The notes: generated by a model from the letters alone, not told the origin. Positions 50,373 through 60,350 are shown, counted from the first letter of the stretch. The stretch is DNA of 64,000 nucleotides from Limisphaerales bacterium (GCA_965657355.1 CBFHOE010000006.1:239217-303216); one strand, 5' to 3'. Translations and numbers: made by a program.

Positions 50373-50571
50373 AAATAAAGTGTATCTCCATGACTTTATA
50401 CCTAAAGCCTTTGTGATTTTGCACACGGTGAATGCTGTTTTATCCATAGCAGGTCTCATGCAGCCCACGTCCTCACTGAAGATTACGCAATTTAATTTAA
50501 AATTGATACCTTCGAATCTAAGTTGGATCTCAGGGCCATTTTGGAAATTAGAAGTTGATTGCCTCCCATTT

Positions 50572-52293
50572 TTAATGACCGTTGGATTTTATTTCAGTGG
50601 GCCAATGAATTTCAACCCCCTGGCCAGTAATGTGATCTTGGAAGTCCTTTAGCCTATGAGTGTTTTCTACAAAACTTCTGGGAGGGTGGCCTTTCGATAT
50701 TGATGATGATGCTAAGTATCCAGCCACTTCTCCAATATTCCACTCAACTGGATGGAGTCTATAACAACCATTTGTTATGTGAGTGGTACCTATATTTTTG
50801 CACGTAGGAATTAGGTTTTCTAACCTCTGGGGAATCAAAGCACCCAACGGGAGTTCAAAGGGTAGTGCAGAAAAATCAATGTAGTTATCGCCTTCAGAGG
50901 TTGGGTGAAGGTCGATTGGGTATTGTCCGATTCCAACCGAATCTTGATAGCTCTGGGCTGTTACGTTCTCTTTCGTGTCGAGAAGTTGTTGCCTTGCTTG
51001 CGTGCCACAATGATGCTCAAAAATAGTCGTTAGTGCTTTGATTCTTCGGGATTCCCTGACATAAGGGAATTTTGCAAGGCCATCCTCAGTACTCATAATA
51101 TCCTTACGCAACCGCAGCCCTGGCCACCCCTCTCCTCCATCCTCACGCGGAGCCTCAGTTTGCAGCCAGTAAAGAAGGGAAAGGCTTAATTGCTTCGAGT
51201 TATTGATATGATGCTGCCTTAATTCATCGGTGACACCCGCAAGATTTCCCTCCATGTAGTCATTTTGTGGCCAATTAATCAAACTGACATCGCCAATCCC
51301 GCTGGATTGATCAAATTGTGCCGACGATAGAATTCTTCGGTATCTCCACAAATTAATAATTCCTGACTGGTGAGGGCCGTCGGGATTAAACCCAAGAAGC
51401 CTAGGCTCAAGAGATGAAGGATGGGTGTAAGTAAAATCGAGCAACCTTCCCGGCCATGGCGGCATGAGCTCAGGGACACAATTTCTCCAAAATTCATATT
51501 GCTTGGGCTTGTCTATGATATGTTCTTTGCCGGGGTCGTAGTCTAGGGCAAAACACATGGTAAATGCCTGTTGGTTCGCTGAGGAAGCCTTTTGAGGCAT
51601 ATGCAGCTCACCAGTGGCTTTTTTTCCTTCCGTGCCCATCACATGCTCACACTTAGAAAAGTGGAGCAAGTCACCTAGTTCAGTAGCATCTGCAAAAATT
51701 TTCCCATTTAATACATGAGATGAGCCACTTTTTAGGTTTATAACTTCAACATAATTTATGCTATCCCCGTCAACGTCAGCTCCTGTGATACGCGAATTGG
51801 TTAGGATCGTAAGTTGTTGACGAGATACATATGGCAGTAGCAATTCGTTGAGACATTTCAGAGCCACCTCTGGCTCATGGCACAGGCGAGATACAGAACC
51901 TGCCCCAGGATTAAAATATTTCGATTCCTTTGCTTTAGATGTTAATGGGTAATGCTTTTTATAATAATTTCTTATTGCATTACGTAATTCGCGATATGAT
52001 TTTGTGCACCCGAAAGATTCGATCCATCTGTGTTCGTCAGGTGGGACCCCCTGTGACGTCAGTTGCCCTCCTATCCAATCTGTTTCCTCGGTCATGATAA
52101 CATTCAGGCCAGACCTTAGGGCTGCCAAAGCGCAAGCACAGCCCCCGAGTCCTCCACCTATGATAACGAGGTCAGATTTTAGTTCCTTCGGTTTTAATTT
52201 TTTCTTATAGGAAGGATGTGCACATCCTGATAATAACAAGGAAGAAGCAGTAAAACCCTTTCCTAATTTTACAAGACTCTCGCGTCTATTCAT
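50572..52293 (-). CDS. FAD-dependent oxidoreductase (PF12831-like), Tat lipoprotein
   Basis: MNRRESL...LSGC, GGGLGG, WIGGQLTSQG, DATELGDL, PYVRESRRI, YPIDLH, THITNGCYRLHPVEWNIGE. Confidence 0.88.
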   Translation of the reverse strand: MNRRESLVKLGKGFTASSLLLSGCAHPSYKKKLKPKELKSDLVIIGGGLGGCACALAALRSGLNVIMTEETDWIGGQLTSQGVPPDEHRWIESFGCTKSYRELRNAIRNYYKKHYPLTSKAKESKYFNPGAGSVSRLCHEPEVALKCLNELLLPYVSRQQLTILTNSRITGADVDGDSINYVEVINLKSGSSHVLNGKIFADATELGDLLHFSKCEHVMGTEGKKATGELHMPQKASSANQQAFTMCFALDYDPGKEHIIDKPKQYEFWRNCVPELMPPWPGRLLDFTYTHPSSLEPRLLGFNPDGPHQSGIINLWRYRRILSSAQFDQSSGIGDVSLINWPQNDYMEGNLAGVTDELRQHHINNSKQLSLSLLYWLQTEAPREDGGEGWPGLRLRKDIMSTEDGLAKFPYVRESRRIKALTTIFEHHCGTQARQQLLDTKENVTAQSYQDSVGIGQYPIDLHPTSEGDNYIDFSALPFELPLGALIPQRLENLIPTCKNIGTTHITNGCYRLHPVEWNIGEVAGYLASSSISKGHPPRSFVENTHRLKDFQDHITGQGVEIHWPTEIKSNGH

Positions 52294-52373
52294 GTCACCA
52301 ATCAGCGAGTATCAAATTGGAAAAATAATAAAGGAGGAATGAAAAATGATTCGAGATTGAATCTTCTGAAAGT

Positions 52374-53336
52374 TCATTTCATTAGCTTATTTGAAATGTC
52401 TTTGCCATTGGTTGTGAGAATCTGGAAATGGTGAAACCCATTATTCATACCGGAATAGGTCCAAACCACTTTTTTATCACGGGTGACCTCTAACAATTTA
52501 ACACTACTCCCTTTGGCGTGATAGCTGGCTATCACTGTATTTCCATTGGGCAGCCTTTGAATGCCACACGCGTCATCTATGAGTTTCTTCCCCAGATCAT
52601 CATTGGTGACAGACCAGATAATTTTACCCTTTTTATTCACTTCAATGACCCGATTCCCATTCGTACACCCTATAAGTGTATTTCCATTGGATAAGCGAAT
52701 AGCAGTAAAGGGCCAGTCTCTGAGTTGTCTTCCCCGATCATCAGTTGGGATGGAATTGACGACCTTTCCACTTTTGGGAATATACTCCTTAACACAAAAG
52801 TCCAAAAGATGCGGAGCGATGTAGTTTCCATTTTCCAATATACGGAGCATGCGGGTCTGCATATGGGCATTATTTTTCTGACAAGCTAACGGGGTGGAAA
52901 GTATGACTTTACCTTGAGCGTTTACTAGATTTGCCTGGGGTTCTGGGCCGAGTTCCGCTACGAGATAGTTGCCCTCTTTTGTTTTAACAACTGTACTGAC
53001 TTCTTTTTGCTTCGAGTGATAAGAAAATACTTTTTCACCGGTCTTTCGGTTGACCTCTACGACACCTCCATTGGGATATTCTTTACATGGGTATACCGCG
53101 ACTAAAATGTTTCCATTATCGAGTACCCAGCCATCACTTGCTGGCAAATCTAATTTCCATACCTGATTTCCCTCTTCATCAATAATGACAGCGCGATTGG
53201 CTTTTCCCAGCCCAAGAAAAGAATGCTTGATGTCTTTTCCTTTGGCAGAAATCAGGAATAGGTTGCATAGAGTAATGAATGCAGTAAAAAGCCCAACAAG
53301 GCAGTTTCTTTGGAGATGATGAATGGTTTGGTTCAT
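52374..53336 (-). CDS. Secreted beta-propeller protein (PQQ-like/arylsulfotransferase-like repeats)
   Basis: Signal peptide; repeated RLxNGNTLI...VIEV...GKIIW units. Confidence 0.65.
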   Translation of the reverse strand: MNQTIHHLQRNCLVGLFTAFITLCNLFLISAKGKDIKHSFLGLGKANRAVIIDEEGNQVWKLDLPASDGWVLDNGNILVAVYPCKEYPNGGVVEVNRKTGEKVFSYHSKQKEVSTVVKTKEGNYLVAELGPEPQANLVNAQGKVILSTPLACQKNNAHMQTRMLRILENGNYIAPHLLDFCVKEYIPKSGKVVNSIPTDDRGRQLRDWPFTAIRLSNGNTLIGCTNGNRVIEVNKKGKIIWSVTNDDLGKKLIDDACGIQRLPNGNTVIASYHAKGSSVKLLEVTRDKKVVWTYSGMNNGFHHFQILTTNGKDISNKLMK

Positions 53337-53363
53337 TTCTTGTATCTGTTTTGGTTTAATGGA

Positions 53364-54548
53364 TTATTTTGTTTCTGCTGACATTTCGACGGTTGGAGGG
53401 TGTACAAAATGCGTGTAATTTTGATGGAGTGCTTCACGGCTTGGAAAAGCGCCTTTTGTAATTAAAAAGCGATACCGGAGACGTAACGAATCACCTTTAC
53501 TTATTTTAGTTTTAGGATAAGCACCAAATCTCCCATAATCTCTATAAGCCGAATAAATACTTCCTTTGGGGGCAGAGGGATGGCTCATATGCTGAACATG
53601 ATAATTTTTCCCCCGAAGAGGGTAGTTGAGTGAAACCCATGGCAAGTCTCGATCTTTTTTAGGGTCTATACCTGCTTCATGGAATAAAAATTTAGCAGAC
53701 TTAGCCTTGGAAACATCATTGTGCGGACGATACTGAATTCCGGCATGCTCAGGATCTCCGGCAAGATCAACATCACCATTTGGAGCAAACAAAGTGGTGT
53801 CAAAATCGACCAGTGTAATAGTATCGTCCGGTTGAGCATAAAATGTAAGAGATCGGTGCTCGCGAATAAAAACCGTCCCATCGGTCGTTATCCATTCGAT
53901 AACGGGCGTAATCCGTCCCATTACATTTCCGGTGTAAGTCGAGTGAGTTGATTGGTAACGCTGGGAGGCCTTATTCATGTGCCAGCTATCAACCCGCTTA
54001 CCTTGAAAGCCTGTGCGCATCCATCCTATATATATCCCCCTGTGATGGCAGAATGAACCCTTTGCCCCTTTGGTAATAAAGTCTTTGCCCTCTTCATCGA
54101 AAATATGTGAGTAAACTTTGTATGTTTCGAATTGTCGCTCTTTGCTGGATGTATCGAAAGCCGTCATCAATCGCGAGATGGGCTTATCATCATAGACGAC
54201 GTCGATGTATTCGCCCTCTTTTGTAAAACTTGAAAATGCCTTGGTGACTTTAGATTCAATCTCGTCTTTGCTAATGATCCATTTCTGGGGTATTTCTTTT
54301 TCCGCATGAGGCAAAATCCAGTGGAGTGTATTGCCAATCATTTGACCCGGTGCAACTCTACCATCTGGCCCTAATAATTTTATGCTAACCGGTTCTGAAC
54401 TTATTCCCTCTAATGAGGTATTGACTGGGATGTTTGAACCATCTGCATGAGGGGTTACTGTGAGTTTTTGCGCGTGTGATATTAGGGAGACAGTGGTCGC
54501 AGCTGCGAAAAGGATGATTTTTGCGAAACTTAAAATATTTGATTTCAT
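53364..54548 (-). CDS. DUF6807/PmoA-like family secreted protein; start reassigned to MKSNIL
   Basis: Signal peptide, HHRGIYIGW, DSWH, EHRSLTF, LVDFDTTL, HAGIQYR, HPS, RDYGRFG, LRLRYRF. Confidence 0.7.
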   Translation of the reverse strand: MKSNILSFAKIILFAAATTVSLISHAQKLTVTPHADGSNIPVNTSLEGISSEPVSIKLLGPDGRVAPGQMIGNTLHWILPHAEKEIPQKWIISKDEIESKVTKAFSSFTKEGEYIDVVYDDKPISRLMTAFDTSSKERQFETYKVYSHIFDEEGKDFITKGAKGSFCHHRGIYIGWMRTGFQGKRVDSWHMNKASQRYQSTHSTYTGNVMGRITPVIEWITTDGTVFIREHRSLTFYAQPDDTITLVDFDTTLFAPNGDVDLAGDPEHAGIQYRPHNDVSKAKSAKFLFHEAGIDPKKDRDLPWVSLNYPLRGKNYHVQHMSHPSAPKGSIYSAYRDYGRFGAYPKTKISKGDSLRLRYRFLITKGAFPSREALHQNYTHFVHPPTVEMSAETK

Positions 54549-54630
54549 TGAAATACGCCGATTGAGAAAAACCAATCCTGCCATTACTTTGATTAAACCG
54601 AAAGGATGATTTTTGAATTTACGTCGGTGA

Positions 54631-55425
54631 TTACACTTGATAGTGGCTTTTCTCTGCAATGGCACCATAACCATCCGGATAATATAAATTTATGAAGTTT
54701 TCAGATTCCAGGAGATGCTTGTCTGATTGTTTAGAGGATCTATCAATCAAAAACTTAAGTTGCTTCATGTCCCACGACCATTCTAGACCATTAAAAAATT
54801 CAGTAGAGCTAAAATTAGTTTTATAAAGGGATTCTTTGGAGTAGACCGTTCCTAGATAGATATAGTTGTATTCAAGTTTTTGAAATAGTTGGACAGCCCG
54901 GGTCATCATATACATCCCCAAATTTTTCTTCACATACTCGAGGTCGTAAAATGAAAAATAAAAGAATGACATACGAGAAGGTTGAGTGAAAAGAGCTACA
55001 GTGCCCACTTCAGATCCAGTTTCTTGATCTTGAAATACCAACAAATCAGTTACAAGTTTTCCATTGAATAGATTGTCTAGCCTTTCAAAAGACATTGTAT
55101 CCTTTCCAAATTTACTATCCGCATACCTCTTGAAAAAAGCTCTTTTTTCTTCGGTGTAATCCCACTGGTCACGGCGTATAAGTTGGTAAGAAATATTTTC
55201 ACACTTCCTAATGATACGACGATTTTCTGAAGATAATTTAAATGTCTTGAGGTCGACTCTCAGGTTTCTGCATAAGTAGAATTTTTCTAATGCTGCTCCA
55301 GATGGAAGAAAACCATGTGAAAACATATTTGCAATTGAGTCATGAGCTTCTGGAATCCCCCATATGACATATGGGAAAATATAATTTTTGTAATCTTGAG
55401 ATGCCTCAGAAAATAATAATTTCAT
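54631..55425 (-). CDS. ATE/Bpt-like aminoacyl-tRNA-dependent transferase (GNAT fold); start at MKLLFSE
   Basis: GFLPS, LRVDL..FKLSSENRRIIRK, FSFYDL...NLGMYMM, YIYLG...LYKTNF match the ATE C-terminal domain. Confidence 0.72.
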   Translation of the reverse strand: MKLLFSEASQDYKNYIFPYVIWGIPEAHDSIANMFSHGFLPSGAALEKFYLCRNLRVDLKTFKLSSENRRIIRKCENISYQLIRRDQWDYTEEKRAFFKRYADSKFGKDTMSFERLDNLFNGKLVTDLLVFQDQETGSEVGTVALFTQPSRMSFFYFSFYDLEYVKKNLGMYMMTRAVQLFQKLEYNYIYLGTVYSKESLYKTNFSSTEFFNGLEWSWDMKQLKFLIDRSSKQSDKHLLESENFINLYYPDGYGAIAEKSHYQV

Positions 55426-55442
55426 AATGCGATAATTTTGGC

Positions 55443-56570
55443 TCAATTTACAAAAAGACGTGGTAGCCTGGCTCTCCATCCGGTCAAAACTTCATAGGAA
55501 ACTGTTCCTTTTAGTTTTGCTATATCATGTGCAGAAATGGATTTATTTCCCTGATGGCCCATAAGAGTAATCTCATCCCATTGTTCTGCTTCGGGTATAT
55601 TATCAAGGGAGACGATTGTCGTGTCCATCGCATTTCCGCCAATAATAGATGCCTCCTTTCCGTGAATAAGAACATGGCCGGAGTTTCTGACTCTGGGGTA
55701 TCCATCACCATAACCAAGTGGAATGACTCCTATGCGCATATTTTGAGGGGCTGTAAAACGTAGCCCATATCCAACATTATCTCCTTTCTTTATCTCACGA
55801 ACTATCGCCAACTGCGCCCTAACAGACATTACAGGCTTTATTCCGCTTATTCGACGGCATACTTTCGAAGGAAAAACTCCAAGAGGTAGTATGCCAACTC
55901 TGACCATATCAAAATGAGCCGGTGGAATATCTAAAAAACCTCCCGAATTGCATGAATGCTTCAAAGGTATTTCAAATTCTTGTTCTTCAAGGTAGTTCAA
56001 GACAGATTTAAATCTTGAAAGTTGTTCCATAGCGAAGGATTTATCCTGCTCGTCAGACATAGCAAAGTGGGTGTAAATTCCCTCTATTGCTATTTCATCA
56101 AAAGCTTCAAAGTTCTTGAAAAGGTCCGCAGCTTTGTCCCACCTAATACCGTAGCGCCCCATGCCGGTTTCAACTTCTACATGAACTTTAATTTGTTTTT
56201 GCCTTCTTATCGCTACTTTTTGAAACTCAATAATATCCGCTGAAGAATGTATTGTTGGGGTGAGGTTTAGTTCCCAGCATAATTCTCGCTCCTCTTGCCT
56301 AAGAGCTCCAAACATCAAAATAGGCCTCTTTATCCCGGCTTTTCTTAATTCCTCTGCCTCCGTAATATTGGTCACCCCGAAATACCGAGCTCCGTGGCTG
56401 GTTGCCACTTTTGCAACGCTGGTAGCTCCATGGCCATACGCATCATCCTTTACTACAGATAAAAAATTCAGTAATTCAGGTCTGTCCTGACCAAAATATT
56501 TGAAATTATTTTTTAGAATTGAATTGTCAATTTCAACCCATGCGGAGCGACGTGGAAGCTGTTTATCCAT
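55443..56570 (-). CDS. alr: Alanine racemase
   Basis: VVKDDAYGHG (PLP lysine), VETGMGRYG, GIYTHFA, NSGG, VRVGI, VGYG (catalytic Tyr), GYGDGYPR, MD, SYEVLT. Confidence 0.93.
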   Translation of the reverse strand: MDKQLPRRSAWVEIDNSILKNNFKYFGQDRPELLNFLSVVKDDAYGHGATSVAKVATSHGARYFGVTNITEAEELRKAGIKRPILMFGALRQEERELCWELNLTPTIHSSADIIEFQKVAIRRQKQIKVHVEVETGMGRYGIRWDKAADLFKNFEAFDEIAIEGIYTHFAMSDEQDKSFAMEQLSRFKSVLNYLEEQEFEIPLKHSCNSGGFLDIPPAHFDMVRVGILPLGVFPSKVCRRISGIKPVMSVRAQLAIVREIKKGDNVGYGLRFTAPQNMRIGVIPLGYGDGYPRVRNSGHVLIHGKEASIIGGNAMDTTIVSLDNIPEAEQWDEITLMGHQGNKSISAHDIAKLKGTVSYEVLTGWRARLPRLFVN

Positions 56571-56600
56571 CTGTAAAAATTTAATTTAATGAGAGTTTAT

Positions 56601-57863
56601 TTAAGACTGTCCGGGTGGCCATAGGCAGTCTCCAATGTCAGTCCGATAATAGCTTCCCCCACATTTTATTTTTCTAATATTTGAATATGCCGAATCCAGT
56701 GCTCCGGTGAGGTCATAGCTGACGGTATTAATATCTAATATTCTTTGGCCCAGTGTGACGTGGTGGTTTTTTGAGTTTGAAAGAGCAACTTGATTCCACC
56801 AAAGGTCACAATCCACGTCTCCTTCAATGGTGATAGGAACATTTGGCGATCCAACCTCGGGGTATGGAAAACCATGGCCGGCTAATGAAATAGAACAACC
56901 GAAATTGATTCCTTCCAAAAATTCTACACTGAATTTTTGATTTGTGGCTATCTGGATCATGGCTTCATATGGATTTCTAAGCATCCTCATAATGAGTGGG
57001 CCACTCGTGACGCCGATACGTGCGTTGTATTCTAAAACATGCCATTTATTATTTTTTCGCGCTGCGGTAACTTGAATGGGGCCGTGGTAATTGACTTCTC
57101 GCAGCCACGGTAGCAAAGGGGTTAGTAGGTCTGCAACGAGACCATATTTGTCTTCCGTGTCTTTTTCCACTATTCCCCCAAGCGGTGCCCCTGCGATACT
57201 TCCCATATTTCCTGAAAAGCATCTTTTATATTCCTGATTTGTGGCCACAGGATATATTTCGCCATGAGAAACGAAAGCTACATGACCGACTTCATGGCGA
57301 CCCATGTATTCTTGAAGAAACACGCCTTCAGAGTAATCAATCTTCTCAAACCATGCTCTGGTTTCAGCATTAGATTCACAAACAATGGCCTGAATTGGGC
57401 TATTTGGAGCGCAAAGAGGATTCTTAATGACAGTTAAATTATTTCTCTCAGCAAGAATTCTCTCTGCTTCAATTCGATTACTGGCAACTTTTGATTCTGG
57501 GACAGATATTCCGAATTGACGGCATAGCTCTGAAGCAAAATTTCTATCTCTCTCTATGAGTAAGCCACCTGGTGGCGGACCAAAAACTGGAATCTTTTTC
57601 TCATTTATAATTTCGGTGCCAGGAATACTCGGCCAATCAAGAGACATTGGGATAACTAAATCGTAGTGCGCATTTCTCAGCTCATCAGCCAGCGATTCGA
57701 TTTGAATCACTTTTCCTACCAGTTCGGCTGGATATTTACCGATTTTTTTTGTTAGGCATGTGGTGCCTGAAACTCCTGCCGACTGTAATATGGAAAGTGT
57801 AGAGTGGGCGAAAGAGCCCGCTCCCAGAACAATGACTTTCTTTTTACAATCTGAATATTCCAC
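56601..57863 (-). CDS. PurD-like ATP-grasp ligase, divergent paralogue
   Basis: VFGP...IERDRNFA, VIK, FLQEY, NQEYKR, LEYNARIG, GFP, C-terminal YYRTDIG. The PurD motifs GGREH, AGKGV, GPNTGGMG and GDPE are not retained. Confidence 0.75.
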   Translation of the reverse strand: MEYSDCKKKVIVLGAGSFAHSTLSILQSAGVSGTTCLTKKIGKYPAELVGKVIQIESLADELRNAHYDLVIPMSLDWPSIPGTEIINEKKIPVFGPPPGGLLIERDRNFASELCRQFGISVPESKVASNRIEAERILAERNNLTVIKNPLCAPNSPIQAIVCESNAETRAWFEKIDYSEGVFLQEYMGRHEVGHVAFVSHGEIYPVATNQEYKRCFSGNMGSIAGAPLGGIVEKDTEDKYGLVADLLTPLLPWLREVNYHGPIQVTAARKNNKWHVLEYNARIGVTSGPLIMRMLRNPYEAMIQIATNQKFSVEFLEGINFGCSISLAGHGFPYPEVGSPNVPITIEGDVDCDLWWNQVALSNSKNHHVTLGQRILDINTVSYDLTGALDSAYSNIRKIKCGGSYYRTDIGDCLWPPGQS

Positions 57864-57914
57864 AAGTATTTCCCACTAATGCCAATCGTATTATTTTTAA
57901 GTTTAAGTGACTAG

Positions 57915-57944
57915 TTGCTTTCCTGTGCTTTGATTTTATATGCT
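57915..57944 (+). promoter_or_regulatory. Putative sigma70 promoter, leaderless, for the MetE-like gene
   Basis: TTGCTT-N18-TATGCT-N7-ATG(57952). Confidence 0.45.
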
Positions 57945-57951
57945 TCCGACA

Positions 57952-58980
57952 ATGGATACAACACCGATAAGAACTTCAGTTGTTGGAAGTTATCCTTTTC
58001 CCGGATGGCTTGAATTTTCTAGTTCGCATCTCGATCGATTCGGGACAAATGATATTCAAGAAATGCAGGAAGACGCCGTTGTCGCAGCAATACAAGACCA
58101 GGTGAGGGCAGGTCTTGATGTGATCACTGATGGAGAGCAAAGCAGATTTGATTTTAACCTCTCCTTTTATGGATATATTGAAGGAATTAGCCTCGAAGGA
58201 AAATCACCCAGGTTGTGGGGGCCTCCCGCTCATGATCAAAGAGGTAAACACGAAATAATGGGTGAGCTAAAAGCCTCAAGAGGTTTGGGAGCAGTCGAAG
58301 AATTCGAAAGGCTAAAACGCTTGGCTCCGCCTGGGGTTGCTTTGAAAGCGAGTTTGCCGGGACCATTTACTCTCAGTGGCCGGTTATTGCCCAATGATCA
58401 ATACCCTGATCGTCATGCTATCACCGAGGCTCTACTTCCCATTGTTCAAAAGGAGATGGTTGACTTAGTTGAGGCAGGGTGTCAGGAAATTTGTCTCGAT
58501 GAGCCTTCAATGAGTTGTTACGGACACCGCGAAGATCCTGTAAAGTTCGTCGATATATTTAATAGAACAGTCGAGCCCGTGGTCGGAAAAACTCGCCTCG
58601 CCAGTCACCTGTGCTTCGGAAACTTCAAGGGTAGGGCCGTGGGAAGCAGACGTGCCCACTATTTGTTTCCCCACTTTTTAGACCTAAAAGTTGATGAAAT
58701 GCATATCGAAATGGCAACGACTCTCTGGAAGGAACTCGCAATCATTGAAGAAGTCGCAAAGAAAATGGATGTTGCCATTGGGGTCATTGACGTGAAGAGC
58801 TACCACATTGAAACACCGGAAAATGTGGCTTCAGTTATTCGAAGAGCCCTTGATTACGCGCCGGCTGATAGGTTGGTGGTCGCTCCTGACTGCGGGTTAA
58901 GTCAAACGGCACGCTGGGCAGCTAGAAAGAAATTAGCCGCCATGGTCCAGGGAGCTCGTATGGTTAGAGAGAATCTATAA
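57952..58980 (+). CDS. Core (single-barrel) cobalamin-independent methionine synthase II family Zn enzyme
   Basis: TSVVGSYP, DVITDGEQSR, LPGPFTL, LDEP, HLCFGN, E in MHIEMA, PDCGL; lacks the MetE N-terminal barrel. Confidence 0.85.
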   Translation: MDTTPIRTSVVGSYPFPGWLEFSSSHLDRFGTNDIQEMQEDAVVAAIQDQVRAGLDVITDGEQSRFDFNLSFYGYIEGISLEGKSPRLWGPPAHDQRGKHEIMGELKASRGLGAVEEFERLKRLAPPGVALKASLPGPFTLSGRLLPNDQYPDRHAITEALLPIVQKEMVDLVEAGCQEICLDEPSMSCYGHREDPVKFVDIFNRTVEPVVGKTRLASHLCFGNFKGRAVGSRRAHYLFPHFLDLKVDEMHIEMATTLWKELAIIEEVAKKMDVAIGVIDVKSYHIETPENVASVIRRALDYAPADRLVVAPDCGLSQTARWAARKKLAAMVQGARMVRENL

Positions 58981-59006
58981 ATTTAAAATTCTCGTGGTCA
59001 CAAATT

Positions 59007-59040
59007 AAAAAAAAGGACCGGTGGATTACCCGGTCCTTTT
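59007..59040. terminator. Bidirectional Rho-independent terminator
   Basis: AAAAGGACCGG-TGGATTAC-CCGGTCCTTTT perfect 11-bp stem with A/T tracts, between convergent genes. Confidence 0.88.
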
Positions 59041-59066
59041 GGAAAATTTAAGTGCAGATAAGCCGC

Positions 59067-60125
59067 TTATAATGCATTGGCAACCAAGTCGCCCACTTCG
59101 CTAGTTGTGTGGCCCATTTTACCTGCTGCTAGGTCATTAATTTTTTCGCGCACTGTTGTAATCACAACATCTTCTATTCTTTTAGCGGCTTCTACTTCAC
59201 CGAGAAAATCAAGCATCATTTGGCCGGCGCATATAGCAGCCAAAGGATTGATGACGTTTTGACCCGTGTATTTGGGGGCACTGCCTCCGATTGGCTCAAA
59301 CATAGATGCTCCCTCTGGGTTAATGTTACCACCAGCTGCGATTCCCATGCCGCCCTGGACCATAGCGCCTAGGTCCGTAATGATATCTCCGAACATGTTA
59401 TCCGTTACGATGACATCGAACCACTCAGGGTTTTTGACGAACCACATAGTAGTTGCATCGACGTGGGCGTAATCTCTTTTGACATCCGAGTAATCCTTCT
59501 CTCCTATGTCATGGAATGTTCTTTCCCAGAGGTCGAAAGCATACGTCAGTACATTGGTTTTGCCGCACAATGTGAGGGTTTTTTCCTTATTCCTTCTCTG
59601 AGTGTATTCGAACGCGAATCTGAGACACCTTTCGACGCCGCGTCGCGTATTGACACTTTCTTGGATTGCGACTTCATGAGGGGTGTCTTTAAATACAAAA
59701 CCACCTGATCCTGTGTAAAGCCCTTCATTATTTTCACGGACGACGACAAAATCGACATCCTCCGGTTTTTTCCCTTTAACCGGACAAAATCTTTCATCAT
59801 AGAGCTTTACCGGCCTCAGATTAATATATTGTTCAAGGGCAAAACGAAGTTTTAAAAGAATTCCTTTTTCCAAAATCCCGGGCTTAACATCTGGATGCCC
59901 AATAGCTCCGAGGAGTATCGCTGGAAACTTTCCCAATTCCTCTACGACACTATCTGGGCACGGTTCTCCAGTCCTGAGGTAGCGGTCTCCTCCCAGGTCG
60001 TAATCCTGATAATTCAGCTTAAAGCCAAATTTTGAGGCGGCTACATCAAGCACTTTCCTCGCTTCTCGCACAACTTCGGGACCTGTTCCGTCTCCGCCAA
60101 TGACTGCTATATCGTATGTCTTCAT
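59067..60125 (-). CDS. leuB: 3-isopropylmalate dehydrogenase
   Basis: [66 protein letters not shown]. Confidence 0.93.
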   Translation of the reverse strand: MKTYDIAVIGGDGTGPEVVREARKVLDVAASKFGFKLNYQDYDLGGDRYLRTGEPCPDSVVEELGKFPAILLGAIGHPDVKPGILEKGILLKLRFALEQYINLRPVKLYDERFCPVKGKKPEDVDFVVVRENNEGLYTGSGGFVFKDTPHEVAIQESVNTRRGVERCLRFAFEYTQRRNKEKTLTLCGKTNVLTYAFDLWERTFHDIGEKDYSDVKRDYAHVDATTMWFVKNPEWFDVIVTDNMFGDIITDLGAMVQGGMGIAAGGNINPEGASMFEPIGGSAPKYTGQNVINPLAAICAGQMMLDFLGEVEAAKRIEDVVITTVREKINDLAAGKMGHTTSEVGDLVANAL

Positions 60126-60350
60126 GAACTTAGTTTTCCGAAATATCCTGTCGCCTGCATTTTACATTAGAATCGGTGTCAAAAATCTAATTTTTTCAGA
60201 ATTCCGATTGCGTAAATTTGATTCAAAAGGCCTGAAAATTTCATCCAAGGGGTAGTCCCTTTATTTTTAATCTTTTCGGTATCTGAATCTTTTATCCTAC
60301 TTGATGGATATTCGGCTGGATTTTATAGATTAGAATTTTCAAAATATCAA

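Noticed and set aside
53364..54548. Particulate methane monooxygenase subunit
   Set aside because: The 'PmoA' family label is misleading; this is a soluble secreted beta-rich protein with no pmoCAB context.
53364..54674. Long N-terminal extensions and overlaps in the ORF track (DUF6807, ATE-like, CotH, Gfo, DUF2256)
   Set aside because: Downstream ATGs give proper signal peptides or family N-termini and remove the overlaps.
56601..57863. Calling this gene purD
   Set aside because: The substrate-binding and loop motifs of PurD are replaced, so the symbol is withheld.
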